Positions 63,566 to 64,000 of a stretch of DNA of 64,000 nt are shown here, piece by piece (position 1 is the first letter of the stretch; each line of letters starts with the position of its first letter). Made by a program: the position numbers and the translations under genes. The notes under the pieces were generated by a model. The model was not told where the DNA came from, searched no databases, and worked only from the letters and a program-made list of their open reading frames with translations. Location of the stretch: contig CAYPCG010000002.1 of NCBI GenBank assembly GCA_964409175.1, positions 4,606-68,605 of the forward strand, given 5' to 3'. Source of the stretch: an uncultured Burkholderiaceae bacterium (GTDB taxonomy: Bacteria > Pseudomonadota > Gammaproteobacteria > Burkholderiales > Burkholderiaceae_A).

Positions 63566-64000
63566 CTAGCCGCGCGGTACGCAGTCTACAAAGTACTGCA
63601 GTCGTCCATTGACCTCTTGCTGGACCAGGCCATGAATATCGGCCTCAAAGCCCGGGAAGGTCTCATTGAATTGGCGCGCAAACTGAAGGTACTGAATGAT
63701 GGTCTTATTAAACCGCTCGCCAGGAATCAGCAACGGAATTCCCGGTGGGTAAGGAGTGAGCAGGCTTGTCGTAATTCGACCCTCAAGATCATCGATTGCC
63801 ACACGCTCAACCTTGCGATGGGCAAGGCATCCAAAGGCATCGGCCGGTTTCATTGCGGGCTCCATATTGGAGAGATACATCTCGGTCGTTAGCCGCGCAA
63901 TATCGTGCGACTTGTACATGTCATGCAGCTGCTGACAGAGATCGGCCAGTCCGACCCGCTCGTACTGAGGATGGGCCGCGCAGAACTCAGGAAGCACGCG
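63566..64000 (-). CDS. Orn/Lys/Arg decarboxylase family protein, C-terminal part only (gene continues beyond the window)
   Basis: C-terminal domain blocks (LLTPYPPGIPLLIPGERF, FPGFEADIHGL). The reading frame stays open to the window edge. Confidence 0.8.
   Translation of the reverse strand, partial: RVLPEFCAAHPQYERVGLADLCQQLHDMYKSHDIARLTTEMYLSNMEPAMKPADAFGCLAHRKVERVAIDDLEGRITTSLLTPYPPGIPLLIPGERFNKTIIQYLQFARQFNETFPGFEADIHGLVQQEVNGRLQYFVDCVPRG

Overview
The window looks like a densely packed, mostly housekeeping segment of a Burkholderiales-type betaproteobacterial chromosome. That placement is inferred from gene content and order only. All calls come from reading the ORF translations for remembered family motifs and from synteny; no BLAST or HMM search was possible.

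Gene order, left to right:
- FAH-family hydrolase, Bug/TctC binding protein and Tat-exported PhoD
- a small, AT-richer accessory block: PagP-like outer-membrane protein, BamE-like lipoprotein, RidA, an RquA-like methyltransferase and a DUF2189 membrane protein
- ubiJ, a Tim44-like gene, ubiE and a DUF971 gene
- phoBR
- a 1347-aa FAD/Fe-S oxidoreductase
- ilvA, an orphan OmpR-type response regulator, then hemA-prfA-prmC-grxD
- two dihaem cytochromes c, tRNA-Thr, sspAB and petABC (bc1 complex)
- an HtrA-like protease, tatABC and a HIT-family gene
- the histidine operon (hisE-I-F-A-H-B, hisC, hisD-G), murA and ibaG
- an ABC ATPase and mlaFEDACB
- a CPA2 antiporter
- kdsD-kdsC-lptCAB-rpoN-hpf-ptsN-hprK-rapZ
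- mutY-mutM, a TPR gene, lolB, ispE, tRNA-Gln, prs, rplY and pth
- ychF, a ferredoxin gene, coaD, rsmD, ftsY and the 3' end of an Orn/Lys/Arg decarboxylase gene

I found no CRISPR array, transposase, integrase, phage genes or defence-type cassette. The largest unassigned gap is about 140 nt, so there is little room for a hidden multi-gene system, and I see no convincing new one.

The leads most worth checking are:
1. A probable rquA (rhodoquinone biosynthesis) beside a ubi cluster that lacks ubiB.
2. hisC lying inverted inside an otherwise co-directional his operon.
3. An ABC ATPase with no permease at a position where I recall relatives carrying an ATPase plus permease pair.
4. Several unusual junctions: convergent gene overlaps, a 14-bp tandem duplication at the ftsY stop, and small leader hairpins.
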